Positions 56,901 to 57,007 of a stretch of DNA of 57,007 nucleotides are shown here, in pieces (the first letter of the stretch is position 1; every line of letters starts with the position of its first letter). The translations under genes were made by a program, and so were the position numbers. The notes below the pieces were generated by a model that saw only the letters and a program-made list of their open reading frames with translations, was not told the origin of the DNA and searched no databases. The DNA comes from Pseudomonadota bacterium (lineage in GTDB: Bacteria; Bdellovibrionota; FAC87; UBA2466), in NCBI GenBank assembly GCA_043718025.1, contig JAYSWN010000144.1, positions 1-57,007 on the forward strand, given 5' to 3'.

Positions 56901-57007
56901 CAGTGATTCGTCGCATGACCAGCTCTACCCCCATGTCGAGAAGGGCGGGCTGATTATTTTCCGATACGAGGCCGGCTTTAAAGTAGTTGGGCAAATTTGC
57001 ACTTGCC
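53917..57007 (-). CDS. GltC-like TPR protein with a very long Ala/Lys-rich coiled-coil insertion (5' end beyond the window)
   Basis: TPR-like helices, FAPE.Y..A...EFC, C-terminal W...EVWDDEVG....DNC; frame is open to the window edge. Confidence 0.72.
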   Translation of the reverse strand, partial: ASANLPNYFKAGLVSENNQPALLDMGVELVMRRITEKASADTVESALKLFKNIGGGGYYEDYARAIWAANRKKPEVAMGSLKRLADAKDLPPTLQARKNEIRLLLARAYYQDRKFRDSAHYLETVDKRSNAFVQTLIQQSWVDLARNEHRRVVGTAIAFQSTGLRATFAPEPYMTAAMALNEFCLFPEALRMLSTFKRLYSNSYSWLRKQAHATRLELYPEAIAHLTKQATSVPPQLASEWIHSPIFLTNQRAINGSFQQEKAISGHIKSAEAFEAAEAVRLEALRRKVTIREATEIAKETQRKFNAADFTAKDLAKKSIASVKAVEESIRDATKAATAAEADTKRANEAPAISQKLAEESKVVSKQLIDAKAALSAAESAEAAAKALVLPAKIAENFADEKATLSERMTRLIDLAAKEAERKRQLAFLPLQKWEVKAKKTAADADTLAKKAAEAKLILDTEAREHADAKATALKAREEAKAAASALREALKKAVGGGVSSKTADAEWEKAWDKARTDKIAAEDRLRRAQLNYEADDKRLAASEAAVSRSVLSSQSSAKAAAAARARAVKAAGSNAFDAFEKALQIITEANLAEARAREEAKRAALVAESFAALQASVDAGKRKLVEAETLAREITLSLEELKKNATDTRSAKKIAATTESAAKKAATVATAAATKAATAKQRHAKLDREAVSSAKIAAIAQTTFLKLAESVQPSDKLATETRAEANAAEAESRKLRAIAMAAKERLLKMEPLVQSRTKTVMARSEQSGKLNLLAQHAAKRAAEALANIAVAAQAAKNGADKVAEAKAKVQATELASLNAKKAALDAKEKATQAAEVSKECAKFAAAVIQTGGKAGAVTRPQSAKLEMPSPEMARLTTLLQITEARKAQLAKSLAVWIQTLKHFKEGAPRHRERLMARIEVTFKALSERMLKQLEAVAKNIDLVEAEIWHGAGKDLVWQNANPEYAAAIKDGKFETRSPAADGVYDWGTTTVSQNGKREVWDDEVGNAAANIVDNCSNKEKYATLRKAK

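Overview
A 57-kb chromosomal window from a Gram-negative bacterium, most likely Bdellovibrionota or a related deltaproteobacterial-type lineage. That placement is an inference from Glt-like gliding proteins, PilZ proteins, delta-60 repeats and many orphan secreted proteins. The left 33 kb is mostly housekeeping: ftsQ-ftsA-ftsZ, LOG protein, VKOR-DsbA fusion, oppD and oppF split by a TPR glycosyltransferase, an OmpR-type regulator, an LtaS-like sulfatase, the B12-dependent lysine 5,6-aminomutase kamDE followed by a MoxR-AAA/VWA pair, waaF-like, mlaC, pepP, ddl, gshB and a large S8 protease. tRNA-Pro(CGG) then anchors a 2.3-kb islet with no integrase that carries two toxin-antitoxin pairs. An accessory region of secreted orphans, HipBA, a MITE and a truncated GltC-like protein with a very large coiled-coil insertion follows. 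The most notable observations are: (1) a probable -1 programmed frameshift or slippage site (A10, ending A_AAA_AAG) that would fuse the AAA ATPase to the VWA protein; (2) four unrelated signal-peptide proteins (GNAT-like, kinase-like, orphan, multi-TM) that each carry a single Cys in a short C-terminal tail, a candidate undescribed effector-sorting signal; (3) a CGTC-type palindromic repeat nested inside MITE ends, with a second copy at the window start. All calls come from reading motifs by eye; no database searches were run.
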